From: Lama glama
Lineage: Eukaryota
Assembly (NCBI GenBank): GCA_028534125.1
Contig: CM052817.1
Coordinates: forward strand, 56,856,001-56,920,000
Length of the DNA: 64,000 nt
Direction: 5' to 3'
In this document: piece by piece, positions 12,911-25,880 of the stretch
How the letters are laid out: each line of letters starts with the position of its first letter
How positions within the stretch are numbered: position 1 is the first letter of the stretch
The notes under the pieces: generated by a model
Told to the model about the DNA's origin: nothing
Seen by the model: only the letters and a program-made list of their open reading frames with translations
The model's database searches: none
Translations under genes and position numbers: made by a program

Positions 12911-15199
12911 CTTAATTTGTAATTTAAGTTTCAAATACCAGCAGAGTTTGGAAGATGGAAACAACCCACAGCCAAGCCCTCTCATCACTATGTATATGTA
13001 CCTATACATGCACAGATGTGAATTCTCATTCAACGGGTACTATGCTTGTCTGAAATATATTCCTTTAGCTACACTTGTTTCATTGTGCTGTTGCACTGAA
13101 AGTTTATCCTTTTAACCATTTTATTGCATTTCTTTGTAAGACAAGTGTTTATCAGGGACACATGGCTCTTCTTGGTGACTATGCTACGGTGGAGAGATGT
13201 ATTCTTTAAGGTGGCTCAGTGCCAGCTCACCATATTCTTCCCTCTTTTATTTGGTTGTGACACATGGATTGAATGTTTTCATTAGTCTGAGACTTGGATC
13301 TTTTGCCTCCTAAACCTTTTTCTTTCCCTTGCCTGTTTTGTCACAGTTTATTAAAAGCACATTTTGTTCTGTGGAATTAGATTCCCATCTCCTTAGCTTG
13401 ATGGCATTTTTGTCTCGTCACCTGAGAATTGTAGATTACAGGATAATTCAGTAATACTTTAAATCAAGGAATTTAATAAAACTGCTATGTTGAATACAAT
13501 TTAAAAGTACTCTAAAATAGATTAGTCTAAAATATATGGACTGCCTTTCATTTTCTATAAACTTTTATAGATAGACTGTGAATATTTATGTGGGATAAAA
13601 ATCCAGATTTAAAATTTAAATTATATGCATATATATGTATACAAAGGCACATATTACATAGATATCTGCAGACAGAACTCAAATTGAGTACCATGAAGTC
13701 AGAAAGAACACATGGTACAGGTAAAAAGCAAAAGCCCTTAATCTATCCTCATTTTTAACCCTGCTCCTTCTTCCCCTCCCCCAAACCCTCTCATTATGCC
13801 CTCCCTTTTCCTCTCTTTCTCTCTCCTCTCCCTTCCCCATCTCCCACTCACTGTTTGCATGTGTGTGTGTCTGTCTGTGTGTGTTAAAGAATTCTTAGGC
13901 TGTAATTTTCTATCTTTGTATGAAATATAAAATAAAATGGCCTAAAGTTGTCATTTACACTAATTTGGTCATTTTGATACATGCAAAAAAGAAAAATAAT
14001 CCATTTACATTCTATCCATCTTTTTTAAAATAGATTAAAAAACAGGAAAAATTGCAACTTGAAATATTGCCACATACTGGTGATCCAGAGAAATGATGTT
14101 TCAAAACAAACAAAAAAAAACTGAAATATTACAGTAATTATTTTAAAGCTTTACCCAAAGAGTACTCAGAGTTAATTTTTAAGTGACTTTAGCAAGTTAT
14201 TTCACCTCTCTGATCCTCAATTTCTCCCATTTTTTAGAATAATAAATTGGGGTTTTTCTTAAAAATACAATGCTTATTATAAAAACCATCTTAAAACATA
14301 CAAAGAAGAGAGATTACATGGGCAGAGATCTTCCATGGAGAGTGAATGGTTTGAGCCACATATTGGGCACCCTAGAATCCAACACTAGGAAGACAAGTCT
14401 CACTGGCTAGTAGGACTAACAGGAGGGCTGAGAGAAGCCTGAACTCCATTCATTAGGCATGTACATACGCTTGCTTAATCCTGAAACAGGGCAGAGAGGG
14501 CAGGTTGAAACTCCATGGGTTGCTGGCAAGTGTCCCCCAACATTCCCAGCACATGCCCCAGCCTAAACTGAGACATCGCTCCAGCCCCTTGCTTCATTAT
14601 GCAACTCTACACTGGGGAGAGGGCTGTCCTGGTTGAGGGGAGATCTCTGCTATGAGATACAAAAGTAGCTCAGACCTACAGAGGTGTCTAAGCAGGACAG
14701 GGGTAGCCGTTACTGGCCTTTACACAGGAGTGCATCAGAAGTGGTCTAAGTCTCTGACAGCAGCAGGACCACTACAGCCTGTACCCTGACCCACACTGAA
14801 CACCTTCACCAGTGCCTCTTACTCCAGCATTGTTCATATCAAGGGTGAGGGGGCCAGTGCTGGGGGGAAAATCACATACAAAGAAAACAGAGTCACTTCA
14901 GACCTGAACCTCAGGGCTTCTGCCCCAGCAATGCGGAACCCAACCTTGCCCCCAGTAGAGCAGTGACAGACACTGAGCAGAGGAGAAGCCCTAGCTGACA
15001 CCTGGCTCTGGCCCTAGCCCATCCATCTCAAGCCCCTCTCCTACCAAGGTGATAGCTGCTAGAACACCCTGGGGAAGTCATGACTTGTATTGATGTCAGA
15101 TCCTGCCGGTTCACCAAAGCCACTGGGAACATGCAGACTGTATAGCGGACACCACTTTAACATTGCAATAGGTATCTGTGTCACAGAGACAGAGAAAGT

Positions 15200-16056
15200 T
15201 AAGCAAAAGGAGAAGACAGAAGAATTTGTTTCAATTAGAGAGAAATAGAAAACCCCTGAAAAACAACTAATAAAACAATTCACCAGATAAAAAGTTCAAA
15301 GATTTAACAATAAGAATGCTAACTGAATTAGGGAAAAGAACAGAGGAAAATATGAGAATTTTAACAAGGAATTAGAAAATATAAAAAAGAACCAGTCAGA
15401 ACTGAAGAACACAATAACTGAAATGAAAAACACATTAGAAGGAATTAACAGCAGACTAGGTGATACAGAAGAAGGCATAAGTGACTTGGAAGACAGAATC
15501 ATGGAAATCACTCAATTGGAACAGCAAAAAAAGAGGTGGGGAGAATTTAAGAAACCTCTGGGACAACATAAGTATACCAACATTCACAGTATAGGAGTCC
15601 CAGAAGAAGGGCAGCATCAAAAATGCATTTGATGAAATTATGGCTGAAAACTTCCCAAACCTGTAAAAGAAAACATATCAAGGTACAGGAAGCACAGAGG
15701 ATCCCAAACAAGATGAACTCAAACAGACTCAAACCAAAACATATCATAATTAAAATGGCAAAGTTAAAGGTAAAAAGAAAATTCTAAAGGCAGAAAGATA
15801 AAAACTAAGAGTTACATAAAAGGTAACTCTCATAAGGCTATCAGCTGATTTTTCTGCAGAAACTTTGCAGGCAGAAGGGAGTGGCATGATATAGTTAAAA
15901 GTGCTTAAAGGGGAAAACCTAAAACCTAGGAGAATCTAGCTAGAAATATTATCATTAGGATTAAAAGAGAGATAAAGAACTTGGCAAACAAGCAAAAACT
16001 AAAAAAGTTTATCAATATTAAACCTACCATAAAAGAAACGTTAAAATCTTCTCTAA
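15200..16056 (+). pseudogene. Disrupted L1 ORF1 of the older element
   Basis: Coiled-coil segment NTLEGINSRL..EE.ISDLEDR and RRM-like NIHSIGVPEE; multiple frameshifts; start approximate. Confidence 0.8.
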
Positions 16057-16535
16057 GTGGAAAAAAAAATGGGTTTAACAAGAAGTATCTATAGGAAAGA
16101 AAAACGTATCACTAGAAAAAGCAAATATATATAAAGACTTAAGATCAACCACTTAAATAACCTAATACGAAGAGTAAAAAATGGAAAATTCTAAAATCAA
16201 CTGTAACTACAATAATCACTATAGGAATAAACATGAATGTATAAAATATGGTATTACAAACACAAAATGTAGGGAAGGGGAGTAAAAAATATAGATATTG
16301 TTGAATGTATTTGAATTGAAGCAAGTATCTGTTTAAAACAAGTAGATATAGTTATAGGTCAACATATATGAACTCCATGGTAACCATAAATCAAAAACCT
16401 ACAGTAGATACACAAAAACTAGAGAGAAAAAAACACAAGCATAATACTAAAGAAAAGTGTCAGACCACAAGGAGAGAAACTAGAAGAAAACAACAAAGAA
16501 AAACTACAAAAATTGCCAGAAAAACAAATGGCAAA

Positions 16536-18091
16536 ATGGCCATAAGTATACACCTATCAATAATCATTTTACATGCCAATGCACTAAGTATTCTAATCAA
16601 AATACACACGGTGACTGACTGGATTAAAACAAAAAAAGATCTGTCTATTTGCTACTTACAAGAGACTCACTTAAGAGCTGAAGACACACAGAGATTAAAA
16701 GTAAGATAATTGAAAAATATTTTATGCAAATGAAAACAGTAAGAAAGCAGGAGTAGCAATACTCTTATCAAAAAAAAATAGACTTTAAAATAAAGTCTAC
16801 AACAAATGACAAAGAAGGGCATTATATAATGATAAGGGATCAAAACAAGAAGAGGATATAACACACGTTAAGTACATATTCAACTAATAAAGGAGCACCT
16901 AAATAGATGAAGCAAGTATTAACAGACATAAAGAGAGAAATTGAAAATAATGCAACAATACTAGGGGACCTTAATACCTCACTTACATCAATGGACAGAT
17001 CATCCAGATAGAAGATCAAAAAAGCAATAGTGGTCTTAAACAACATATTAGAACAGTTACTAGGAGTCAATAGGTATCTATCGGACATTCCCTCCAAAAA
17101 CAGCAGAACACATTCTTTTCAAGTGCACATGAAATGTTCTTCAGAATAGATCACATGTTATACCAGAATACAAGTATCAACAAACGTAAGAGGACAGAAA
17201 TTATATCAAGCATTTTTTTCAGACCAGAACAGTATGAAGCTAGAAGTCAAGTACAGGAAGGAAAATGGAAAAAGCACAAACACATGGAGACTAAGCAACA
17301 TGATACTAAAAGCCAATGGATCAATGAAGAAATTAAAGAGAAAATCAGAAAATACTTTGAGATATACAAAAGTGGAAACACAACACTCCAAAATCTATGA
17401 GATGCTGCAAAATAAGTTCAAGATGTAAGTTTATAGTTATATTGGCCTACCTCAAGAAACAAGAAAAATCTCAAATAAACAATCTAACCTACCACTTAAG
17501 GAATTAGAAAAAGAAGAGCAAACAAAGCTCAAAGCCAGTGAAAGAAAGGAAATAATAAAGATCAGAGAGGAAATAAACAGAATAGGGGTCAAAAGAACCA
17601 TTGGAAATATCAATGAAATCAAGAGCTGATTTTTTGAAAAGATAAAGAGAATTGATAAACCTAGCCAGGCTTATCAAGAAAAAGAAAGGTGAGGTGACCC
17701 AAATAGAACAAAATGATAAATAAAAGAGGAAAAATAACAACTCATATCACAGAGATTAAAAAAAAATCACAAGAGAACACTATGAAGACATATGCTAACA
17801 AATTGGACAATCTAGAAGAAATGGACAAATTTCAAGAATCATACAACCTTCCAAGACTGAACCAGGAATAGAGAATCTGAGCAGACTGGTTACTAGTAAT
17901 GAAAATAAATTTGTGAAAAAAAAAAATCTAAGCAAACAGACGTCCAGGACCAAATGACTTCACAGGGGAATTCTACCAAATAAAAGAAAGTGTGAATACT
18001 TATCCTTCTTAAATTACTCCAAAAAATTGAAAACTCACATTCATTCTACAAGACCACTATTACCTTGGTACCAAAACCAGACAAAGACATT
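16536..18091 (+). pseudogene. Disrupted L1 ORF2 N-terminal half (endonuclease to pre-RT) of the older element
   Basis: ATG at 16536 begins MAISIHLSIIIL; QETH and RIDHML motifs; ends at ...VPKPDKD, where the younger L1 starts. Confidence 0.85.
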
Positions 18092-19672
18092 GGGCCAAGA
18101 TGGCGGAGTAGAAGGAAGCTGGTAGCTCACCCTCTCCCACTAATGCACCAAGACTCACATCCACAGACCCACTCAGCCAACCAGAGCACCTGCGGAACTC
18201 CGAAAGAACATTGTCCTCTTCAAAAGATAGAGACGCCAAAAATCTGGTAGGAGAAAAGGAAAAAATTAAGAAAAAAAGGCAAAACACAGTGGGACGGGTC
18301 CCACGGGGAGGGAGCAGAAAAGGACGACTGGTGCTCATTCACTGGGTCCCCCCCTCCAATGGAGGGGCCAGCGGGACAGAGGGGGAGCCTCTGAGGCTCA
18401 GATCTGTACAGAGAAGCCCTTGACCAACAGAACTAAGTTAAACGGGCACAGAGGGTCCCCACCACACCCAGCCCGATGCGGCCCGGCAGCTGGAGGCAAG
18501 GCCAGGCTGCCCGAGCTGGGTGGAGGACGGGGATGGCTGCACTGAGGCAGCCCCGGGGGACTGCAGGGGGCTGTGCACCGTGGCTGTGGGTGCACAGGGC
18601 AGAACAACCTGTGCACTCCATAAAACAACAGGGCTGATGTGCCCTGGGGGGAAGGGGACATACCCCAAACTCTGAAAACCCACAGAAAGTTTTTGGGTGA
18701 AGAGAGGCAGGGCTCAGGCACAGCTGCCATATCCTCCGGCACTGAGCACCCAGGCGGGGGCGGGGGCGAAACCTGCATCCGCCCCTAAGGGCTTAGCGGC
18801 CTCAAAGGCCAGATGGAGACTTGTCTACAGCCACAGGCAGATAGGATACTTCAGTCCTGGTCCCCCAGACAACTTGCTCCACCAAGACAAACAAGGAGCT
18901 GGGTTTTGGCCTGGAGCAGGGACAGGGCTGTTCCTCGGTCTTCCTGGAGTTCACCTGCAGAGTGCCAACCTGAGACAAGCGCACAGTGGCACAGAGCAGC
19001 GGAGCGACAGGCGCCGGGAGAGGGCAGGCAGCCCCTCACCTTTCAGGCAGGAATGCTGTGCTGTGAGGGGGTGCAACACCCTCCTCCTACCTGGCGAGTC
19101 TGCAACATCTGACTGCAGCATTGGGAGGGGCAGTGACCAGCCCGCCCACAGCAAAGGACAGCTGCACCTGACCCAGTGTCGGGAGAAGGCGCAATCTGCT
19201 TGCCGACAGGCACTGGGAGCAGCACAGAAGAGGGTGCCAACGGAGGGCCTCTAGAAATAGCAAGCTGACCTTCAAAAACAGGAGGAAGACAGAAACACTT
19301 CACATTAAAAGCACAGTCTCCAGGAGAACACCGACCCCCCACTTTTTTTTTTAAATCTGTTTTTATCTGTTCTATTTTCTATTACCCTTTTAATTTTTAC
19401 TTCTTAAACAATTATATATACCCTCAGGTTTAATCCCTTTTAAATTTTTAAAAAAATTTTATTATTATTTTTAAAAATACTGCTTCAACTTGCTCTTCTA
19501 TTATTCATTATACACTGTTTTCAAACCCTCTTTCTCCCTTCTTTTAAAATTCTTTCTCTCTCTCTTTTTTTTTCTTTTCTAAGTTTTATTCCTACATAGG
19601 CATTAGATAGATAAACTCCATTAGGATCACAATAGATAACTGATACTCCATAAACCACAGTGCCAGAGAGGT
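18092..19672 (+). promoter_or_regulatory. L1 5'UTR internal promoter with a YY1-type motif
   Basis: caagatggcgg at 18096-18106 (YY1-like, at the usual L1 5' position); GC boxes (ggcgggggcgggggcg); the only CpG-enriched segment of the window; AT/T-rich stretch before ORF1. Confidence 0.7.
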
Positions 19673-20573
19673 ATGAACAAGATGAAGAAGGAGAGAAACC
19701 TTTCCCAATTAAAAGAACAAGAGAAACCCCCTGAAAGAAAGATCAATGAAATAGACATCGATAGCCTGCTAGATCAAGATTTCAAAAAAGGAGTAATCAA
19801 AGTATTCAAGGAACTAAAAGAGATAGTGTTTAGACATATAAAAATGTCAAAAATGAAATTGAAGCTATAAAGAAGAGCCAAGTAGAACTGGTAAACTCAT
19901 TGGCTGAGATGAGGAATGATCTAATGGCTGTGCAAAGCAGACTAGATAATGCAGAGGAACGAATTAGTGACCTAGAAGACAGAACAATAGAAAGCACTCA
20001 ATCAGAACAGCTACAAGATAAACAAATAAAAACAAGTGAAAATAGCATAAGGGACCTATGGGATAACATAAAACGTGCCAATCTTCGCATAATAGGGGTC
20101 CCAGAAGGGAAGAAAGATCAAAGGGGATTGAAAAGGTTTTTGAAGAAATCATGACTGAAAACTTCCCAAACTTAAGGAAGGAATCAGATATCCAAGTACA
20201 GGAAGCTCAGAGGGTCCCAAATAGGAAGAATCCAAACAGACCCACACCAAGACATATCATAATCAAGATGGCCAGAGTCAAGGATAAGGAAATGATACTA
20301 AAGGCAACAAGAGAAAAGGCAAAGAGTGAGTTACAAGGGAACCCCCATAAGGCTCTCAGCTGATTTCTCTATACAAACACTACAGGCCAGAAGGGAGTGG
20401 CAAGATATATTCAAAGTCCTGAATGAAAAAAAGATGCAGCCTATGATGCTTTATCCAGCAAGGCTATCCTTTAGGATAGAAGGAGACATAAAGAATTTCA
20501 CAGACAAGAGAAAGCTACAAGAGTTTGCAACACTAAACCCATGTTAAAAGAAATATTGAAAGGTCTACTCTAA
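19673..20573 (+). pseudogene. L1 ORF1p (RNA chaperone) broken by several frameshifts
   Basis: Successive frames give MNKMKKERNLSQLKEQ, QSRLDNAEERISDLEDR, WDNIKRANLRIIGVPEG, ENFPNL...PTPRHIIIKM, YKGTPIRLSADFS...ARREWQDIFKVL; ends LKGLL-taa at 20573. Confidence 0.9.
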
Positions 20574-20979
20574 ATAGAAAAGCAGCAGGATGCTACAGAA
20601 ATGAGAAACTCACAACTGGAAAGGTGATAACTCATGAATTACAAATAAATTAAACACAAAATTCTAAAAGAAAACATACAAATCATTGAGAGTGGAAGAG
20701 GGAGGCAGGGAAATATAGAATTTTTTTTTCTTTCTTTTTTAAATTTTTTGTTCTCGGTAGGATGGGTTTGAGATCATGTTACTATCAGTTTAATAAAAAC
20801 AGTTATACTAAGGGGCTAAAAGACTTACAAAAAAGGGTAACCACAAGTCAAAAACTTACAAGGGAGTCACAAAAACTAAATAAAATCCATGATAATACAA
20901 AGGAAAATTACCAAACCACAAAAGGAAGAAGAAAGGAACAAAAAGGAAATATCAAATCAACTGCAAAGATAAATTCAAA

Positions 20980-22504
20980 ATGGCAATAAACACACATCTG
21001 TCATTAATTACTGTAAATGTTAATGGACTAAANNNNNNNNNNNNNNNNNNNNNNNNNNNNNNNNNNNNNNNNNNNNNNNNNNNNNNNNNNNNNNNNNNNN
21101 NNNNNNNNNNNNNNNNNNNNNNNNNNNNNNNNNNNNNNNNNNNNNNNNNNNNNNNNNNNNNNNNNNNNNNNNNNNNNNNNNNNNNNNNNNNNNNNNNNNN
21201 NNNNNNNNNNNNNNNNNNNNNNNNNNNNNNNNNNNNNNNNNNNNNNNNNNNNNNNNNNNNNNNNNNNNNNNNNNNNNNNNNNNNNNNNNNNNNNNNNNNN
21301 NNNNNNNNNNNNNNNNNNNNNNNNNNNNNNNNNNNNNNNNNNNNNNNNNNNNNNNNNNNNNNNNNNNNNNNNNNNNNNNNNNNNNNNNNNNNNNNNNNNN
21401 NNNNNNNNNNNNNNNNNNNNNNNNNNNNNNNNNNNNNNNNNNNNNNNNNNNNNNNNNNNNNNNNNNNNNNNNNNNNNNNNNNNNNNNNNNNNNNNNNNNN
21501 NNNNNNNNNNNNNNNNNNNNNNNNNNNNNNNNCAGTCTCTTCAGCAAATGGTGTTGGGAAAACTGGACAGCAGCATGTCAATCAGTGAAGCTAGAACACT
21601 CCCTTACACCATACACAAAAATAAACTCAAAATGGATCAAAGACTTAAACATAAGACAAGATACAATAAACCTCCTAGAAGAAAATATAGGCAAAACATT
21701 ATGTAACATACATCTCAAAAATGTTCTCCTAGAACAGTCTACTCAAGCAATAGAAATAAAAGCAAGAATAAACAAATGGGACCTAATGAAACTTACAAGC
21801 TTCTGCACAGCAAAGGAAACCATAAGTCAAACAAAAAGACAACCTATGGAATGGGAGAAAATTTTTGCAAATGAAACCAACAAAGGCTTGATCTCCAGAA
21901 TATATAAGCAGCTTATACGACTAAATAAGAAACAACCAAACAACCTAATCCAAAAATCGGCAAAAGACCAAAACAAGCAATTCTCCAAGGAAGACATACA
22001 AATGATCAATAGACAGATGAAAAAATGCTCAATATCACTAACTATCAGAGAAATGCAAATCAAAACTACAATGAGGTATCACCTCACACCAGTCAGAATG
22101 CCCATAATTCAAAAATCCACAAATGACAAATACTGGAGAGGCTGTGGGAAAAGGGGAACCCTCCTGCACTGTTGGTAGGAATGCAGTTTGGTGCAGCCAC
22201 TGTGGAAAACAGTACGGAGATTCCTCAAAAGACTAGGAATAGACTTACCATATGACCCAGGAATCCCACTCCTGGGCATATATCCAGAAGGAACCCTACT
22301 TCAGAATGACACCTGCACCCCAATGTTCATAGCAGCACTATTTACAATGGCCAAGACATGGAGACAGCCTAAATGTCCATCAACAGATGACTGGGTAAAG
22401 AAGAAGTGGTATATTTATACAATGGAATGAATGTCATTCTAAGTGAAGTAAGCCAGAAAGAGAAAGAAAAATACCATATGAGATCGCTCATATGTGGAAT
22501 CTAA
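20980..22504 (+). pseudogene. L1 ORF2p (endonuclease/RT): N-terminus and C-terminus only, middle lost in the gap
   Basis: MAINTHLSLITVNVNGL at 20980; after the gap [45 protein letters not shown]; terminal SLICGI-taa at 22502-22504. Confidence 0.9.
21033..21532. other. Assembly gap (500 N)
   Basis: Run of N characters. Confidence 1.
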
Positions 22505-22708
22505 AACAAACAACAAAGCATAAATACAAAACAGAAAGAGATTCATAGACATAGAATACAAACTTGTGGTTGCCAAGGGGGTGGAGGGTGGGAAGGGATA
22601 GACGGGATTTCAAAATTGTAGAATAGATAAACACGATTATACTGTATAGCACAGGGAAATATACACAAGATCTTATGGTAGCTCACAGAGAAAAAAAATG
22701 AGACAATG

Positions 22709-22722
22709 AATATATATATGTA

Positions 22723-22775
<53 letters not shown>
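22709..22775. repeat. Compound (TA)n(TG)n(TA)n microsatellite in the L1 3'UTR
   Basis: tatatatatgtatgtgtgtg...tatatata. Confidence 0.9.
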
Positions 22776-22779
<4 letters not shown>

Positions 22780-22858
22780 CTGAAAAATTGTGCCCTGAAC
22801 TGGAATTTGACACAACATTGTAAAATGATTATAAATCAATAAAAAAATGTTAAAAAAA

Positions 22859-24635
22859 TTGCCTCAAAAAGATACAAATACCTACTAATAAACTTAACCA
22901 AGGAGGTGAAAGACCTTAACTCTGAAAAGTATTATACAATGCTGAAGGAAACTGCAGATGATACAAAGATATGAAAGTATGTATCATGCTTCTGAATTGG
23001 AAGAATTAATATTGTTAAAATATCCATAGTATTCAAAGCAATCTACAGATTAAATGCAGTTCCTATCAAAATATCCACAATACCTTTCACAGAACTAGAA
23101 CAAATAATCCTAAAATTTATATGGAACTACAAAGAGCTCGAATTGCCAAAGCAATCTTGAGGAAAAGGAACAAATCTTCTGACTTCAGACTATACTATAA
23201 AGCTACAGTAATCAAAACAATATCATACTAGCATAGAAACAAATACATAGATCAATGGAACAATATAGAGGGCATAGAAATAATCTCACATACTTAATCT
23301 ATGACAAAGGAAGGAAGAATATGCAATAAAAAAAGACCTAACTGGTGCTAGGAAAACTGGACAGCTACATGCAGAAGAATGAAATTAGAACATTTTCTCA
23401 GATCACATAAAAAATAAACTCAATATGTGTTAAAGATTTAAATGAAAAACCTGAAATTCCTAAAATTCTAGAAGAGAACATAGAACACTGACATAAATTA
23501 TAGCAGTGTGTTTTTAATCTGTATCCTAAGACAAAAGAAACAAAAGCAAAAATTTAAATTTATAAAAATAAACAAATGGGATATAATTAAATATAAAAGC
23601 TTTTTGCACAGCAAAGGAAACCATCAGCAAAACAAAGACAACCTACTGAATGGAAGAAAATGTTTGCAATACGATCAATAAGAGACTAACATCCAAAATA
23701 AACAAACAGCTCATAAAACCAGTATCAAAAAAAATAATTAAAAAATTGCAAAAAGACCTGAATAGACATTTTTCCAAAGATGATTACAGATGGCCAACAG
23801 ACATATGAAAAATTGCTCACCACTGCTAATCATTAGAGAAATGTAAATCAAACCATAATGAGATATCACCTCACACCAGTCAAAACGGCTGTTCTCAAAA
23901 AGTCTACAGTTAATACATGCTGGAGAGGATGTGGACATACGGGAGCCCTCGTACACTGTTGGTGGGAATGTAAATTGGTGCATCCATTATGGAAAACTGT
24001 ATGGAATTTCCTCAAGAAACTAAAACTAGAATTACCATATCACCCAGCAATTCTACTCCTAGATAAATATCCAAAGAAAACAAAAACAGTAATTCAAAAG
24101 ATACTCACCCAATGTTCATGGCAGCATTATTTACAATATCCAAGATACGGAAGCAATCCAAATGTCCATCAACAGAAGAATGGATTAAAAGACTTTAGCA
24201 CACACACACACACACACACACAAATATTACTTAGCCATAAAAAAGAATGGATTTTGGTCATTTGCGATAATGTGGATGGATCTAGATGTTATTATGCTTA
24301 ATGAAATAAGTCAGAGAAAAACAAAAACTCTGATATCATTTATATGTGAAATCTAAAATATAAAACAAAATAATATATATACAAAATAGAAGCTGACTTA
24401 GAAAACTAATAGATACCAGGGGGAAGGAGCAAGATTAGAGTATGGGATTAAGAGACACAAACTATCTATAAAATAAATAAGCAACAAGGATATGTTGTAC
24501 AGCACAGGAAAATATAGCCATTATTTTGCAATAACTTTAAATGGAGTATAATCTATAAAAATATTGAATCACTATGTTGTACACTCGAGTCTAACATAAT
24601 ACTGTAAATCAACTAATACTTCAACTATACTGTCA
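22859..24635 (+). mobile_element. Older L1, 3' part (post-RT ORF2 and 3'UTR, L1MA9/cetartiodactyl-type end)
   Basis: Resumes at ttgcctcaaaaagatacaaatacct...aaacttaaccaaggaggtgaaagac (IASKRIKYLGINLTKEVKD-like); [11 protein letters not shown]...HCWWECKLV; 3'UTR; possible 7-bp TSD aaagaag (14302-14308 / 24636-24642). Confidence 0.9.
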
Positions 24636-25559
24636 AAAGAAGGAAAATGAAAAGTAATCATCACTAAAATTAGAGAACAATATAACATACATTTGTTCAG
24701 GCATATATATACAGAAGGAACAGAGATAAATGGTGTTCAAATTAAAACATAGTACTTATAGTATTACTGAATAAAATGTACTGAATTTGCTTCCTTGAAG
24801 TTTAGAAAGTAAAAAAAACAATAATAAAAATGAAATACTGAAGTTCAGGTGAAATATTTTTGTTTCGAGAGTTATTAAGTTCTAAATGAACCTTTTGGTG
24901 TTAAAAAATGCAAAAAATATAAGGAAGTACTTGCCATTTTTTTTCTTTTGTCTTCCAATGTTACAACAGTGGAGAGTATAAGTGACATTCCACTCTGAAA
25001 GTTGAGAAAGATAGCATTCTTCCTCCACCTCTCATTGTTGTTAAGTTTCTTATCATTTTTCTTTTGACAATGTTTGAAAAAAATTTATTCTGTTCTAACA
25101 GCCTAATTTCTCCAAGTGTTAAATTTTAGAGCACTCAATCTCTCTACTCCTTTGTCACTAATATCAAGTCATGTGAAGGGGATGAATGTTTGTTTATAAA
25201 GGGCTTTTGCTTGCTATCAAACAATGATCCACATTGTGTTTTAGATTTAGAAACTATTTGAGTATTTTGTCTAATTTAATCTTGTACACAGCTCCAGCAG
25301 GTAGATAACACTTGTAACAAACATTTCCTGCACCAGAGGTTACTGTGAGTTTTTATATCTGAAGTAATTAAAGACAGGTTCAATTTGTGATTATCTTTTT
25401 CCTACAATAGTCTTGTTTTATGACTTTATACAATTATCTGAAATATGCTTTACAAACCTTGACATCTGTGCAAATATAGTTTACATTTCAAAGAGAAAAA
25501 GAAAATGTCCCTTATAAAACAATTTAACCACAAGAGTACGCCTTTCTTCAAAGAACTAC

Positions 25560-25880
25560 TTTAAACTAAAATAAACAAAATCATAGAAACAGAGCAGAAG
25601 AGAAGATTGGTGGTTACCAAGGGGCTTGAGGTGGGGGTTTGAGGAAATAGGTGAAGGTGGGTTAAAGGGTACAAAATTCCAGTTATAAGATAAATATGTT
25701 CTGGGTATCTAATGTACAGCATGATGACTATAGTTAACAATATTGTATTGTATATTTGGAAGTTGCTAAGGAAAAAAAAAAAAGCTGTATCTATGTGTAG
25801 TGACAAATGTGTTAACTGACCTTATTGTGGTAATCACTTCACAATGTACACTTATATCAAATCAATCAATCAGTCAATCA
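25560..25880 (+). mobile_element. L1MA9-like 3'UTR fragment
   Basis: gattggtggttacc...ggtacaaaattccagttataagataaat...tgtacagcatgatgactatagttaacaat. Confidence 0.8.

Larger units (their letters stand above)
14309..18091 (+). mobile_element. Older near-full-length L1, 5' part (5'UTR, ORF1, spacer, ORF2 up to PKPDKD)
   Basis: ORF-track fragments MKNTLEGINSRLGDTEEGISDLEDR (ORF1), MAISIHLSII...SICYLQETHL (endonuclease), FFRIDHML and WINEEIKEKIRKYFE; many stops and frameshifts. Confidence 0.92.
18092..22858 (+). mobile_element. Younger, 5'-complete L1 nested in the older L1 (spans an assembly gap)
   Basis: Begins gggccaagatggcggag; GC/CpG-rich 5'UTR, ORF1, spacer, ORF2 start and C-terminus, 3'UTR, aataaa at 22838-22843 and A-rich tail. 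Confidence 0.93.

Noticed and set aside
18398..19342. Cluster of long overlapping ORFs (up to 185 aa) on both strands
   Set aside because: All lie in the GC-rich L1 5'UTR, where stop codons are rare; no recognisable protein similarity. An ORF0-like antisense ORF cannot be supported from one copy.
20952..21588. 175-209 aa ORFs containing X runs
   Set aside because: Artefacts of translating through the N gap.
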